64,000 nt of DNA from Mobula hypostoma (Eukaryota). Each line of letters begins with the position of its first letter. Positions within the stretch are counted from its first letter, which is position 1. Shown here in pieces: positions 25,729 through 39,560 of this stretch. The translations under genes were made by a program, and so were the position numbers. Below the pieces are notes generated by a model that did no database searches, was not told where the DNA came from, and worked only from the letters and a program-made list of their open reading frames with translations. The stretch covers positions 22,012,001 through 22,076,000 of the forward strand of contig NC_086109.1 in assembly GCF_963921235.1 (NCBI RefSeq), in the 5' to 3' direction.

Positions 25729-27876
25729 GTTTGTATAATTTGTTTATTCTGGCTTAATTTGTGGGAATTAGGCTTGTTAGATACTTAAGTAACCTGTCTC
25801 ATTTTATGGTAAATTGTGTTTTTTTTCTTGCCAGTGATTCAGTGTAAAATACAGCTTAAGTGAATACTCTAGTAATTGTGAACATTAAGTTTCTTTATGT
25901 ATACCTTGAAACAAGCATTGTAATTCTGGAGTAAGAGAAATAGAAATCAAATGGAGGACTTGTTAAATCTTTTTGGGTGGTTGGATCTTCATTTTATTTC
26001 TGATCCTTGGGGTTCTTCTGGAAGTCAGGAATGATGAGCAGTCTTAATTCCAGGATTTCAGTTTATTTTAAAGTATGTACAAACATACAAATAATAAGCA
26101 AATTAAATAAAGGGCTGAGAAACAATGCTAAGAGGTAGAATGGATGGTAAGACGGAAGAACTAAAGAGACCAAGATGGTGCCTCTGAAAAACCTATTACT
26201 TTTATAAGAAAATGAAAATTCCTTAGTTAGGAATGAATTAGTTAATGGACTACATAATTAAACAATTACATCATATGGGTAATGTGCTTTTACTTAGCCA
26301 ATGAGAAAGGTGATTAACTGTTAGTTTAGCTTCTATGCCGCTTTCTGCCAGTGAGTGTGGAAAAACACATTACTTTGTTTTTTTGAAAAAAGTGCAAATC
26401 TTTTTAAAAGAACAGTGGTTTTCAACAGGCATATGCCAAAATTTTGTGTTCCACTATCTGTTAAGAAATAGAATCAAATTACAGATATAAATTTTGGGGG
26501 GATTTTCAGCAATTTTCATCTACCCTTATATTGAAATGCTTTTTTAAAAATAATTATTAAGGAAAGGTGTGATAGAGTTGTGCACTAAATTAAAACTGGA
26601 GCCATCGCTGGCCTTAGATTTCCATTTAGAAATTGAAGTTGCTATGCAATTCCTACCACTAGTTAAGGATCCCTGTTGCCTCCAAGTACTAAACACGCAA
26701 GGGTCCAATTACACAGTAGCGTAGTTAGTGCGACACTTACTACTCAGGTTGCTGCGGAATTCAGAGCTCAATTCCAGTGCCATCTGTGAGGAGTTTGTAC
26801 GTTCTCATAGTGAACCACATGGGTTTCCTACCTGTGCTTCAATTTCCTTCTACAGTCCAAAGGTGTACCAGTTAGAGGGTTAGTTAGTCATTATAAATTG
26901 TCCTTTGATGAGGCTAGTGTTTAATAGGTGGATTGCTGGGCTGGGCAGTGCAGCTTGGGCCAGAAGGGCCTGTTCCACACTGTATCTCTAAATTTAAAAA
27001 ATGCAACTTCCATGGAGCAAGCAAATGGTATTGATGGAATCGTGTCTGGTAAATTTGACCAGTATTCCAGTATTTTTTGTATCAAAAAGACCTGATGCTT
27101 TTCATTTGGAGCTGGTCAAGTTTGGGATCCCATTAGTAAGCCAAGTAGTGTTTCAAATGTGTCCTGACTCTGGTTCTTAAAGTTTCAACCCTTCAGCAGT
27201 TTACATGCATCGTCCTAATGCAGGATTTGCATTGGCTATGTTATTCATTGTACACTCTCAGATTTGTTAGAATGGATTTTGCATGCCTGTATATAGAGAA
27301 AACAAAGGGAAAAAATGAGAGTAAAGGAAGATTTTGTGAGCTAACATCTGCTGTTAATTAATAATTCAGTGGATGTTTAACTAACTTATATCTTGCATGA
27401 CCTCATGCATTCTGTCAGCTTATTGTCTCCATATGCTTGCTCATATGGAAGTTGCTTTTGTAAACTTGTATCTTGACTTGAAGAAACAACCACAGAATGC
27501 TCATTATTTCCAGCATCTGTGGAATCTCTTGTGCTGAAGAAACATCCATTAGAATTCATAGCATTTTAGGCTAGTAGCAGACTTAGACTGTAATGATGCA
27601 ACATATCCAGGATTATTAAGATAAGAAACAATGAATGGATCAGGAAATAAAGAATTTGTATAACAAATGGGGATAAAGGATTGATTTTTAGGGTGAATTA
27701 CTTGGCAGCTATTTATTTGCTATTATTTAATTAAGATAATCCAAATAATGACTTTTAGCAATAAATTCTTAAGCTATTTTCAGGAGCCGAGAGTAAAGCA
27801 GGGGATAATAGAATTCTGAGTACAACTGTTCAGTTCATCAAACAAAACTCTTGGTATAGTTTTTGTATCATGGCTT

Positions 27877-27917
27877 ATTCCATGATATTTTTCATTCCAT
27901 GATATTTTTCATTCCAT
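27877..27917. repeat. 17-bp tandem repeat (attccatgatatttttc, 2.4 copies) at an exon acceptor
   Basis: Exact units at 27877-27893 and 27894-27910, then attccat. Confidence 0.9.
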
Positions 27918-27919
27918 AG

Positions 27920-28240
27920 ATGATTTTCCAAAGCCTGTGATCACCACCCATCCTGAAACGACTGTGGCACTAAGGGGGATGAATGTCAGTTTCACCTGCA
28001 CAGCTGGTAGCAGCAGTGACTCTCCCATGGCTGCTGCATGGAGAAAGGATAGCGAGTTGCTGTATGACGCAGAGATCCAGAACTTCTCCAGCTTGCGGGA
28101 GAAGGAAGGCGAGTTTATTGAATACACCACTGTACTGCAGCTGCGGAACATCAATTTTACAGATGAAGGGCGGTACCAGTGTGTTGTCACAAATTACTTT
28201 GGCTCAAACTATTCCAACAAGGCAAAACTTACAGTGAATG
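27920..28240 (+). CDS. LRIG2: LRIG2 exon, Ig domain 1
   Basis: ccatag/gtatgt; 321 nt; DDFPKPVITTHPET...DEGRYQCVVTNYFGSNYSNKAKLTVN (ORF 27937..28248). Confidence 0.96.
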
Positions 28241-29494
28241 GTATGTGAATTTTCTTGTAATGGAGGGGTGTGTGGTTTTAACAAATGGAAAATTGGAGCA
28301 TAATGTAATTGCTTCTTGACTGCTTCTCTGGTGCAATGGAAGTTGAACATAAGTTGTGCTAAAATCACAGTAGTTATTGAGTTACGTACAATTAATTCCT
28401 GGGCAGCTTTTCCATTATTAATTAATTTTTTTCATTACCAGTTTCTATACCACATTGTAACAGTACTTGTCCATACAATTCAGCATTAGTAATTGCATTT
28501 CTTACTCCCTTGCTGCTTGGTGACGACATTGTACCACAATCACTGACTAGAGGATACATTTGTAATTTGACAAATTTACTTGAGAAACTGTTAGTAAGTA
28601 AAATGATGGAATAATTTTTAATGGAAATATAAAACTGAAAGCAGAATACAACTTTTAAAGCAGAGGGTTAAAACTCTCACTCGGCATTTGCTGTCTGACA
28701 CACAAAGACCAAAGGTTTGTGCTGAAATTCAATATTCTGCTTCAGTATAAAGCTTTTGAATGATTTTAGTTTAGACCTACCCTCTGTTTACTTAGAATTC
28801 AAGTGAAATAGGTATAATGAAGTGGAGTGCTCCATCTCAAAACCCCAGTTCTATTTGAAAACCTATAGAGAACAAATTTGTATCCCTAGATTTCAATTAC
28901 TGCCTTTCGTTTTAGGTTACTTGTTCCCAGTGTATTGCAACCAAAGATCCAACATGTGAAACGTTCAGTTCGTTTTCAGTTTGAATGTCTGTTAAAAATG
29001 CAGTGTGAGCAAATGACGTGGGCAGGAGAAACATATGCCTGGCTGACAACAATTTGACTACACAGCAAACAAGTTTTTAAATTGTTCCTTTTAACTGGGA
29101 GGAAGGAGCAAAATATATAGTAGGAATCACATGAAATTTTTCCAATACATGTGGCATTTTTACAGAGATACAGTAGTGAACAAACTAAATTTATTGTCTC
29201 TGTATGACATCTTCACAATTTTGCGTTCGTTTTGTTGTATCCTGTGCACATACACTGGGCTTTGGCTGCTTGGGGGCCTAATCTGGAGAAATCCCCCTGA
29301 GTTCTTATCTTTCTAGTAAAACTTCACTTTAAATCTGCCCATGTAACCGTGATTCTAGCCTTGTATCAATATTTCCTTAGCTCATCATTTGGAGAATTTT
29401 GTTTCATTAAACTCCTGGAAAGTGTTCTTGGTTATTTATTATTTGAAAGATTTCTAAAAATGCAAATTAGGATGAATTGTTTTGTTTCCAATAG

Positions 29495-29776
29495 AACTTC
29501 CCTCATTTATGAAAACCCCCATGGATTTAACAATTCGAACCGGTGCAATGGCTCGGCTGGAGTGTGCCGCAGGGGGTCACCCGATACCTCAAATTGCTTG
29601 GCAGAAAGATGGTGGCACAGACTTCCCTGCAGCAAGGGAAAGGCGTATGCATGTCATGCCAGAGGATGATGTATTCTTCATTGCAAATGTGAAAGTTGAA
29701 GATATGGGCATGTACAGCTGTATGGCACAAAATGCAGCAGGAGGCATATCAGCAAATGCCACCCTCACTGTCCTGG
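29495..29776 (+). CDS. LRIG2: LRIG2 exon, Ig domain 2
   Basis: caatag/gtaaga; 282 nt; [26 protein letters not shown]...[25 protein letters not shown]. Confidence 0.97.
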
Positions 29777-30407
29777 GTAAGAAGTTGGCTTTTGTGAAAT
29801 CTGTTACTGGTATTTTGTCAACTGAATGAGAGGAGGATAATGATCCTAAGATAAATAACTTTGGATCAAGAATATGACATGGGTTTTGTGTTCCATTGGA
29901 CCATCTTATAGACTGGAGTAGATTCAGTCTTGGTGGACATAGGTGACTATTGAGTGAAGACATTTTTTTATTCCCCTCTTTGAATGTTGGGTTTATTATA
30001 ACTGGACAAGTAAAAGATTGAGTTTTGCTGATTAATCCAACTAAGTTCCCATGACTATTATTTTTTATTTCAAAACAGTATAAAGTCTTTCCACCTTAAC
30101 ATATGATACTTCATATTGCAGTACAAGCCATCTCCGGGTCGCAAACTGGCTCCATCTATCTGTCAGAAAATACACAAAGTTACTTGGTACAATAACCATA
30201 CCCCCATAGTATTATATTGACTGCTGATGTAGCTCATCATCATAGCTTGTCACACCAGATGTAGCTGTAAATAAGCTACTGGAGATTGAAGCTGTTAAAT
30301 GTAAAAGGTCATTATTCAGCACATGCATGTATTCTAGAGAATCTATTTTTCCTGTTCTCCTATGTGTTTTCCCTTCCCTGACAATCTGCAATATGATGAG
30401 ATTTATA

Positions 30408-31902
30408 CAGTACTGTGCTTAAGTCTGAGGCACCCTAGATTTTTAATATAAATTGTTTTAGATGTTTTGTCTTCTGCAGAAGACAAATTAGTGTGTCTGC
30501 AGAAAAGAGAAAATTTTAGATTTTCATTCATTTTCCAAAAAATTAAATGTCACGAAGAAGTTGTGTTTTGTTTTTTTAAAAAGAAAGTAACATATCAAGT
30601 AATAGACTACTTTTCAAATAAAAGCTTGATTACTTCGTTGGTATATAGCCCAGTGCATAATTAAATAAAGATAACAAACAGGTGCTAATGATCAATGACA
30701 TAATGAGTTGAATGAAACAACTGAAACTGAAAAGGGAATAGAATGAATCAAACTGGATGAAGGACAACCAGACTAAAAGGTGAGGGTGTAGCAAATATGA
30801 CAGTTTAACCTCCAAATCATCAATTCTTACACCATTACAAGAGTGAGCATAGCAACAAGACACCTGCATCAGCAAGATCTTTCCCAAACAGAAATTTCAC
30901 AGCAGATAGGAGTTTCAGGTTGTTCTGTCTAAGCTCTTCTGAAGAAGAAGAAAGAAATTGGCAAGGTTGAGGACCAGAAATGCTGTGCTTGGCCACAGAA
31001 ACTGAGTGCAGCAGATGAGAGATGCATCAAACTGGCGTCCCTTCTAAATCGGAATAAGTCCAGCACTGCTATTAGTTCTGAACACACTGGAACCCAAGTA
31101 CACCCCTCTAGTCTGGAGAAATTTTGTCAGAAGTGGTCTTCACGGATGAGTTGCTGCCAAAAAGCCATTCCTCCAGTGTGGAAGCAAAACCGGTGGTCTC
31201 GTTTAACACACAAGGACCAGGGTGCTGAACAATGGCAGCAAGTGCTGTGGATTGACAAACCAAAATTTGAAGATTTTGGCTCAAGCAGAAGGCATTTTGT
31301 CTGTAGAACAGCTTGAGAGCACTACATGGACGCATGTCTACAGCCAACAGCAAAGCACAGCGGAGGTTCCCTGCAGGTTTATGGCTGTGTTTCTGCAAAT
31401 AGAGTTGGCGATCTGGTCAGAATTAATGAAATCATTGCTGAGAAGTACAAGCAGATTCTCATCCATCAACATACAAAATGCTGGAGGAACTTGGCAAGTC
31501 AGGCAGCATCTATGGAAATGAATAAACAGTCAATGTTTCAGGCTGAGACCCTTCTTTCGGACTCGTGCATCACACAGTACTGTTAGGAAGGTGTCTGAAA
31601 GGTCCCAACTTCATTCTGCAGCAGAACAATGATCCAAACACACAGCCAAAGTCATAAAGATCTATCTTTAGCGAAAAGAAAAACGAGTTCTGCAACGGAT
31701 GGTATAGCCTCCACAAAATCTTAATCTCAACATCATCAAGGCAAAGGCTGGTCACACCAAGTATTGATTTAATTTGGGGTTTATACCATTTACTGTCCTT
31801 TTGGTAACTTTTTTGATATTTAGAAACTTCATTTCATTATTTTGAAAGCATCTTCACTTTACAGGTTTTTTTACATGTGCCTGAGACTTTTCCACAGTAC
31901 TA
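30408..31902 (+). mobile_element. Tc1-like transposon, about 1.5 kb, decayed
   Basis: TIR cagtactgtg..aagtct.aggca; fragments WQQVLWIDKPKFEDFG, CLQPTAKHSGGSLQVYGC, FILQQNNDP. Confidence 0.88.
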
Positions 31903-33060
31903 TACTTTTCAAGTTATCAGATACACTTTCAATTGTTTAAACTACCTACTTTAACACTTTGAGTGTAAACAATTAACTTTGCAGAATTACAAGTTTACAT
32001 ATTTTTTCAATTGGAACACATCCCAAATGACAGAATCTCTTTGAATATTCAAATACTGCTGGGTGCTCTGAGGAGATTCTAAGCAAGAGTATTAATTGTC
32101 AAAATGGACATGTCCTGACTTGTGTTTTGAATGGCAGAGCAACACACAAAATGCTAGAGGAACTCAAGGTCAGGCGGCATCTATGGAGAGTAATAAGCAG
32201 TCAACCTTTTGAACTGACACCCTTCATCAGGACAGGAAGAACAAAGAAGCCAGTGGCAAATATATGTCCTTAATGATATGTTAATAAGAGTTGCTTTAAT
32301 GCCTTCCCTGATCTTAACGTGGTGCGGGGGGAGGGGGTCAATGAGGGCCAATTAATGTGAACATTTATTTATTGTCTTTTCCCATCCCATTACAGTGGTA
32401 CAGAATCAGGATAACCCACGCTGATTCGCTTGTTTCCATGGCTGTCAAGTATCAGTCAATGTTGCCTTGTTTTATAGAATATTGTTGCAAAAGTATCAAG
32501 TATCGATTGCCTGGTCAGTTTCCAAAGCAAATAGGCAGCCCATGTTTCTTGGAGATGGATTATTGCAGGGATGTTACATGTAAGAGGGTTCATTTTGGGA
32601 CTGTTTCTCATTTGAGTTAACTAATATTTGTGAGAGTTCAATCATAGGTATTCATGTATATAAGTTGGATGTTTGAAGCCTTGGGAGGGCCTGTACAATT
32701 TTTTGGCACTGGTTTGCAGTGTATAATTTGTCAACCACATTGCCAGTCTAACTTCTGAACAGAACTACAGTTGCAAGTTGTTGTTTGTGAACCCTTTGCA
32801 ATTACCTGGTTTTCTGTGTTAATTACTCAAAACATGGTCTGATCTTCATCTAAGTTACAATAATAGACCAACACAATCTGCCCAACTTAATAAAACAAAC
32901 AATTGTACTTCTCGTTAATACCCAGTACACCATTTAAATAATCACAGTCTCGGCTGGGAAACGAATGTGAACCTCTGGGATAATGCCTTCTAGAAAAGCT
33001 AATTGGAATCAGGTGTTCCAATCAATGAGATAAGATTGGAGGTGTGGGTTGTAGAAGTGC

Positions 33061-33072
33061 TATATATATATA

Positions 33073-33115
<43 letters not shown>

Positions 33116-33116
33116 T

Positions 33117-33148
<32 letters not shown>
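33061..33148. repeat. Compound microsatellite (TA)n(TG)n(TA)n(CA)n
   Basis: Visible directly in the sequence. Confidence 0.95.
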
Positions 33149-33639
33149 GAAATTGGAGCAGGAGTAGGCCATCGGGCCCATTGAGCCTGCCACAACAAAG
33201 TCAAGTTACTGACAGAGCCTGCTCTTCTCAAGAAAAGTCTGTTTATGTGCACCATGCCTCAATTTTAAGAACAACTTTCTGAGGACCTTAAAGGAACTGT
33301 AGGGATGCCTGAAGTTGAAAAAGGGTACAAAAGCATTTCTGAAGGCCTGGGTGTTCCTCCGTTCACAGTAAGAGAAATTGTCTCCAATGGAGGAAATTCA
33401 GTATGTTTGCTACTCTCCTTCGGAGTGAGTGTTCTGCAAAAACGTGCAATGCTGAAGGAGGTGATAAAGAGCCCAAGGGTACCAGCAAAAGACCTGCAGA
33501 AATCTCTAAACTTGCTAAAGTCTCTGTTCCTGTGGCCATTAGAAGGAAAACACTGAACAAGAATGTGTTCATAGAAGGACACCATAGAGGAAACCACTGT
33601 TCTCCAAAAAAAATATTGCTGCACATTTTACATGTGTAA

Positions 33640-34630
33640 TAACCCAGTTTTTACTAGCTTAACATAAAGGAACCCTGAAGAGGCAGTAATATGATTGAAT
33701 TTGTACTGCAATTTGAGAGGGGGAAGCACAGGTCACATGTCTCAGTATGGAATAAAGGGAATTGAAGAGGCATGAGAGGGGAGCTTGCACAGGTGGATTG
33801 GAGGGGATACTAGCGGGGAAGATGGCAGAACAGAGGTGGCTGAAGTTTCTATAAATAGTTCACAAGGTGCAGGATGGATATGTCCCACAGAAGTAGTTCT
33901 CAAATGGCAGGGCTAGGCAACAGCGGCTGACAAGGGAAGTTGAGGACTGCATAAAAGCCAAGGAAAGAGCATATAAGGTAGCAAAAGTGAGTGGGAAGTT
34001 GGATGATTAGGAAGCTTCTAAAACCCAACAAAAGGCAACAAAAAAGGGAAAAGATGAAATATGAGGGTAAATTTGCCGATAGTATAAAGCAGGATACTCA
34101 AATAATGTATTATCATTGGAGAGGGTCCAGAGGAGGTTCACAAGGATGATTCTGTGAAGGAAGGGGTTAACATATGAGGAGAGTTTGGCAGCTTTGGCCT
34201 GTACTCACTGGAATTTAGAAGAATGCAGGGGGATCTCAGTGAAACCTACAGTATGTTGAAAGGACTAAATAAGGTGGATGTGGAGAGGATGTTTCCTCTG
34301 GTGGGGGTATCCAGAACTAGAGAGCACAGCCGCAAAACTGGGGGGGGGGGGGGGGAGATCTTTTAGAACAAGTAAGGAGGATTGGTTTTCTTTTTTAGCC
34401 AAAGAGTGGGAAATCTGTGAAATGTTCGGCCACAGACTACAGTGAAGGCCAAATCCATGGGTATATTCAAAGCGGAAGTTGATAGATTCCTGATTGGTCA
34501 GGGCATCAAGTGATATGGTGAGAGGGCCGGTGTATGGGATTGAGTGGAATCCGGTACTGGCCACAATGAAATGGCGGAGCTGACTAAATGGGCTGAATGG
34601 TCTAAACCTGCTGCTATGTCTTATGGTCTC
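33640..34630 (+). mobile_element. Internally deleted CR1 nested in Tc1
   Basis: CR1 ORF2 fragments and 3' tail. Confidence 0.8.
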
Positions 34631-34739
34631 ACGTTTGTAAAATACCTCCTGGATGTTCTGTGTCACTTCTGGGACAATGTTATGTTGACAGTTGAGACAA
34701 AAGTTGAACACTTTGGCAGAAATGCACCCTGCATTATGG

Positions 34740-35537
34740 AGGGCGGTGGTTAGATATGATAATGCTAAACGGTGACTCCTTTGCCTGCATCTTCGGAAAC
34801 AGCTCTATTTCTATCTTTGATATCTGTTATTCCCTTTCAAGGTTCTTTTGAAGACCCTGACCTGGAGTTGCGCTCTAACTTCAGTTCTTTACAGGAATGG
34901 GACCCACTCTCAAGGCCTCACGGCCAGCCACTTTTCTCCTCATATCCCAAGAACATGGCCTGTAAGACGAGTGCGACTTCAGGGTTCTGGATTTTCGTGG
35001 CTCTGGAGACAGGCTGATTCAAGGCTGGTGCCACCACCTGATGCGTCGCGGGAGAACACGGAAGATCAGAAGCAGTGGGCTTGCTGCTGGCTGTGTGCCC
35101 AGAGACCTGAGTTCTTTGGGCACAGGGCTCGGAAGAAGCAACGCATCAGACTTTTAACACTGTAAATCAGTGAGTTGTTTCATTATGTCTCCCCTCTCGT
35201 CGTGAAATGAGAACACCTCTTTTTTCCCCCTATTAGGGAAAAAGAGAGCCTGTGGTATGTCGAATAACAGCCTTTGGGGTACTGCAATTCTGTGGCTTTA
35301 TTGATGCTTTGCTGCACGTTTGAGTGCTTGGTGGGGGACGGCGATGCTTTTTTGCTGGTGGGGGGGTCGTTGTTACTGCTTGTGCATGGGGGGGCTGGGG
35401 GGGCTTTGGGGTTCTAACATTTAACTCATTCATTCTTTGGGGCACTCCTCTGTTTTCATGGATCTTTGTGAAGAAAAAGAATTTCAGGATGTATATTGTA
35501 TACATTTCTCTGACATTATATGTACCTATTGAACCTA
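34740..35537 (+). mobile_element. Unclassified non-coding interspersed repeat nested in Tc1
   Basis: Interrupts the Tc1 transposase remnant; GC-richer; retro-like 3' end. Confidence 0.5.
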
Positions 35538-36610
35538 TATTCAGAGGAAGAGGGCACTGCATACCAACACTAAACGCTGGTCCCAACTGTGAAGGAGCAT
35601 CATGGTTTGGGGCTGCTATGCTGCCTCAGGGCCTGTGCAGCTTGCAATAGTTGAGGCAACAATGAATTCAAAACTTCATTAAGACATTTTAAAGAAGAAT
35701 GTCAGGTAGAGGTCCTTCTGTAGCGTAATAGAAGTTGGATGATGATGCAACAAGACTGTGATCCAAAACACAGGAGTAAATCAGCAACAGAATGGTTTAA
35801 AAAGAAGAAAATCCGTCTTTTGGAATGAACATGTCAGAGTCCATACCTTAACCCATTTGTGATGCTGTGGCATGACCTGAAGAGGGCTGTTCATGCAAGG
35901 TTTCCAAAATATTGATGAGCTGAAGCAGTTTTGCATGGAGGAATGGTCTAATGTTCCTCCTCGTCATTGTGCAAATCTGATCAGCAGCAAAAGGAAATGT
36001 TTGGTCGAGGTTATTGTTGCTAAAGGTTGTTCTACCAGTTATTAAATAGACGGGTTCACATACTTTCTCCAGCCTGGACTGTGAATGATTGAGCAATGTA
36101 TTCAATAAAGACATGGAAAGTACAATTATTTGTGTGTCATTCGTTTGTGCAGGTTCTATTTATCTATTATTGTGACCTAGATGAAGATCAGACCACAGTA
36201 TATGAGTAAATAATTCAAAAAAAAACAGGTAATTGCAAAGGATTCACAAACCTTTTCTTGCAAATATGCATACAAAATGCTGGAGGAACTCAGTAGATTA
36301 GGCTGCATTTATGGAGGGGAATAAACGGTAGATGTTTTAGTCCTGAGTTCCTCCAGAATTTTGTGCATGTTACTCTAGGTTTTCAGCATCTGCAGAATCT
36401 CTTGTGTTACTGAAAAGAACAGCATCTTTGTGACAATAGTATTATGGCTGCCAGGTGCTCTCCCAGAATTTTAAAGCTGTAGTATTTCTTTCATTGATGT
36501 TTGAAATTTTTAGCCACTTGTCTGGTCCAAGTTTCTAAACTAATTTTCCTACCTTCCTTTCCACCGCCATTCCTTTCTCAACCCTGCCTGCACCCCACCA
36601 CCTTTCACAG

Positions 36611-37060
36611 AAACTCCTTCATTTATGCGACCTCTGGAAGATCGAACTGTTGCCAGAGGAGAAACAGCTGTTCTGCAATGTATAGCTGGAGGCAGCCCCA
36701 CACCACGCCTGAACTGGACAAAAGATGATGGCCCTTTGCTTGTAACAGAGAGACATTTCTTTGCTGCTGCCAACCAGCTCCTGATCATTGTGGATGCTGG
36801 ACCAGAGGATATTGGGAAGTACACGTGTGTGATGTCTAACACGCTTGGGACAGAGCGTGGTCACATTTACTTAAACGTGATTCCAACTTCGAACTGTGAC
36901 TCCATGCAGAAAAGCTCAGTCTTTGAGGAGGATGGCTGGACAACAATTGGAATTGTTATTATTGTTGTGGTGGTTTGTGTGGTTGGCACTTCACTGGTGT
37001 GGGTAATTGTTATATACCACATGAGACGGAAGAGTGAGGATTACAGTATTACACACACAG
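36611..37060 (+). CDS. LRIG2: LRIG2 exon, Ig domain 3 plus transmembrane helix
   Basis: tcacag/gtagga; 450 nt; ERHFFAAANQLLIIVDAG...GWTTIGIVIIVVVVCVVGTSLVWVIVIYHMRRK (LRIG2-type YHMRRK). Confidence 0.97.
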
Positions 37061-38069
37061 GTAGGACAGACTTCAAATTGTGTGTTTATTAAGCTATACA
37101 CTTTATGAAATTTGTACTTCCAACATAAGATTGTTGTCCAGAATAACTGGGTAGATTGTCCCAGTGTATGATACTTTCCTGTAACGGTTGCATCATCACA
37201 TCACTTCCATAGAAAAAAATCGTGTAATTACTAGTGTGCATATTATTACAAATGTAAACTTTCAAAGTTATAAGATAGTAGCGAGTGTGTGCAGACTTTT
37301 TTTCAGGTAAGGACTTTAAAACCTTTAGTCATTAATACAGATTGTTCAAACTTCAGACGGAATAGCTTGTCAAGAAAAAGGCCCTGTATAGTTGCCCTTT
37401 GTCCCTTCAGTTGCTGAAGACTGCACCATATCTTCTGCATTTGCTTTCAAACCCTGGTCTAATTATCTTTGCCTAACTCTGATTAAGATGAAGTCCAGAA
37501 TTGGGCTTTAATTCTCCATATGCAATGAAGTGAGAGTGTGTCATACAAAGTAGTTGTATGCTTGACCCTAGTACTTTAATCAAGTGCTATTGTTCTTTTG
37601 AAAGGATATTCAACTTTTTATTTAGATGTCTCCGTCGGACTTAGTCTGCCCGCCGAGCCTTTGTGCATCGAGATAATTTACTGTTTAAAATAAAAAGGTG
37701 GTTTGCATTTAATAAGGCGTTAAGTAGATCCACATGTAATTGTTTCTAGAACCGTCCTTTGTTTAATTTCCCTGGTGACAGAATTAAAGTGCTAATTAAA
37801 ATGCACGGTGCTCATATTTGCAGATGTGCAAATTATATTATACGTCTATACCAGCCTGTATAGGATGATTCAATATAATGGAATTAAAAGGGATTTATTT
37901 GGGGGTGAGTGGTAGAACCCTTGTAGGTTGTAAAGTAATAAATTCAGAGGATGGTTTAAAGGCATTATATGTAATTGGATTGATATCTGTTGCTTTAAGA
38001 TGTAACAAGATATATAGTTCTTGTACCCCTGTCTGGTTCCTCCAGTGACTCCACTTTCTCTTTCCCCAG

Positions 38070-38222
38070 ATGAGATGAATTTGCCTGCTGATATTCCAAG
38101 TTATCTGTCTTCCCAAGGAACACTGTCGGAGCCTCAGGAAGGCTATAGCAACTCTGAGGCTGGAAGTCACCAGCAGCTCATGGCATCTACTGCCCATGGC
38201 TATATACACAAAGGAACAGATG
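38070..38222 (+). CDS. LRIG2: LRIG2 cytoplasmic exon: DEMNLPADIPSYLSSQGTLSEPQEGYSNSEAGSHQQLM...KGTDG
   Basis: ccccag/gtcagc; 153 nt; very close to the recalled human LRIG2 juxtamembrane tail. Confidence 0.94.
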
Positions 38223-38459
38223 GTCAGCAAAGATGTTCCTTCTTTTCTGTTGTATTTTGTTTTATGGTACTGTGTTTAGCTTGAGGTGAAGCAGAATTTT
38301 GGTGGGAAAGTGGTGGGGGAAGAGGAGAGAGGAATGGAAAGGGGTTAATGGTTGCAAATATCAGGTAAAGCAGGGGAATAATGTAACTTTAATATACAAA
38401 GTATAAGTGGTTCAGATAATCGAAAGGAACAATAAAACTGGAACATATAATGGATTAGG

Positions 38460-39560
38460 ATTCCATAAGACGGAGGAGTAGAATTAGACCATTTGATCGT
38501 TCAAGTCTGTTCTGCCATTCAATCATAGCTGATTTAATTTCCTTTACAACCCTCCTCTTCTGCCTTCTCGTAACCTTTAAAGCCCTGACTAATTAAGAAA
38601 CTATCAGCCTCTTTTTTAAAGTTTGAATACTGGAATTGGGATTTTATGTTGAAGTTGTTATAAGACATAGGTGAGGCCTAATTTGGAGTATTGTGTGTAG
38701 TTTTGGCGCCTACTTACAGTAAAAATGTCAATAAGGGTGTTGAGAAAATTTGAGGATGTTGTTAGGACTGGAGGACCTGAGTTATAGGGAAAGGTAGACT
38801 AGACGAGGTTATTATTCCCAAGGATATTGAAGAATCAGGGAATATTTGACAGGTATACGAAATTGAGGTGCAATGATAGGGTAAGTGCAAGCAGGCTTTC
38901 TTCACTGAGGTTTGGTGAGACTATGAGTAGAGATCGTTGGTTAAGGGTAAAAGGTGAAATGTTTAAGGGAAATAAGAGGAGGAACTTCACTCAGAGGGTT
39001 GTGATAATATGGAGCGGAAGTGGTGTTTGCAGGTTCAATTCCAACATTTAAAGGAAACTTGGGTAGGTACATGGATGGTAGGGGTATGGAGAGCTACAGT
39101 CCAGGCGTAGGTTGATGAGACGAGGCAGATTAATGGTTCAGCATGGACTCGATGGGCTAGAGGATCTGTTCCTTGCTGTAGTGTTCTATGACTCGAAGTA
39201 TACCCAATGACTGGGCCTCTCCAGTCAACTGTGGCAATAAATTCCACAGACTCGCCTCCCTCTGGACAAATGAATTACTCTTCATCTCTGGTCCTACACT
39301 CCCCCACTATAGAGCTTTGATCAGCGGCCAATCCAGACTTCGGAAGTTTTGGGAGGAAGGAATTTCAACCAGGTCCACTGCCCAAGGATAAAAGGCAGCA
39401 GTGGGAGGGTACAGAGAAAGAGAGCTTTGATTAGCAACCTATCAGCTTTTGGGATTGATTAGCAAGAACAAATTAAAGGAAGGCAGGGGCAAGTGCAGTG
39501 GTCATTTTGAGTGGACATAGTCTGAGTGGTGATCTTGAGGCTTTAGCTCTTTGAAGCTTC
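38460..39560. mobile_element. Cluster of CR1 fragments on both strands
   Basis: Minus-strand tail 38460-38620 continuing at about 39200; plus-strand 3' fragment 38620-39190. Confidence 0.7.

Larger units (their letters stand above)
32768..36266 (+). mobile_element. Tc1-like transposon expanded by nested insertions
   Basis: Long TIRs (gtttgtgaaccctttgcaattacctg); HTH fragment GYKSISEGLGVPPFTVREIV; DDE fragments near 34640-34733 and 35540-36040. Confidence 0.85.
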
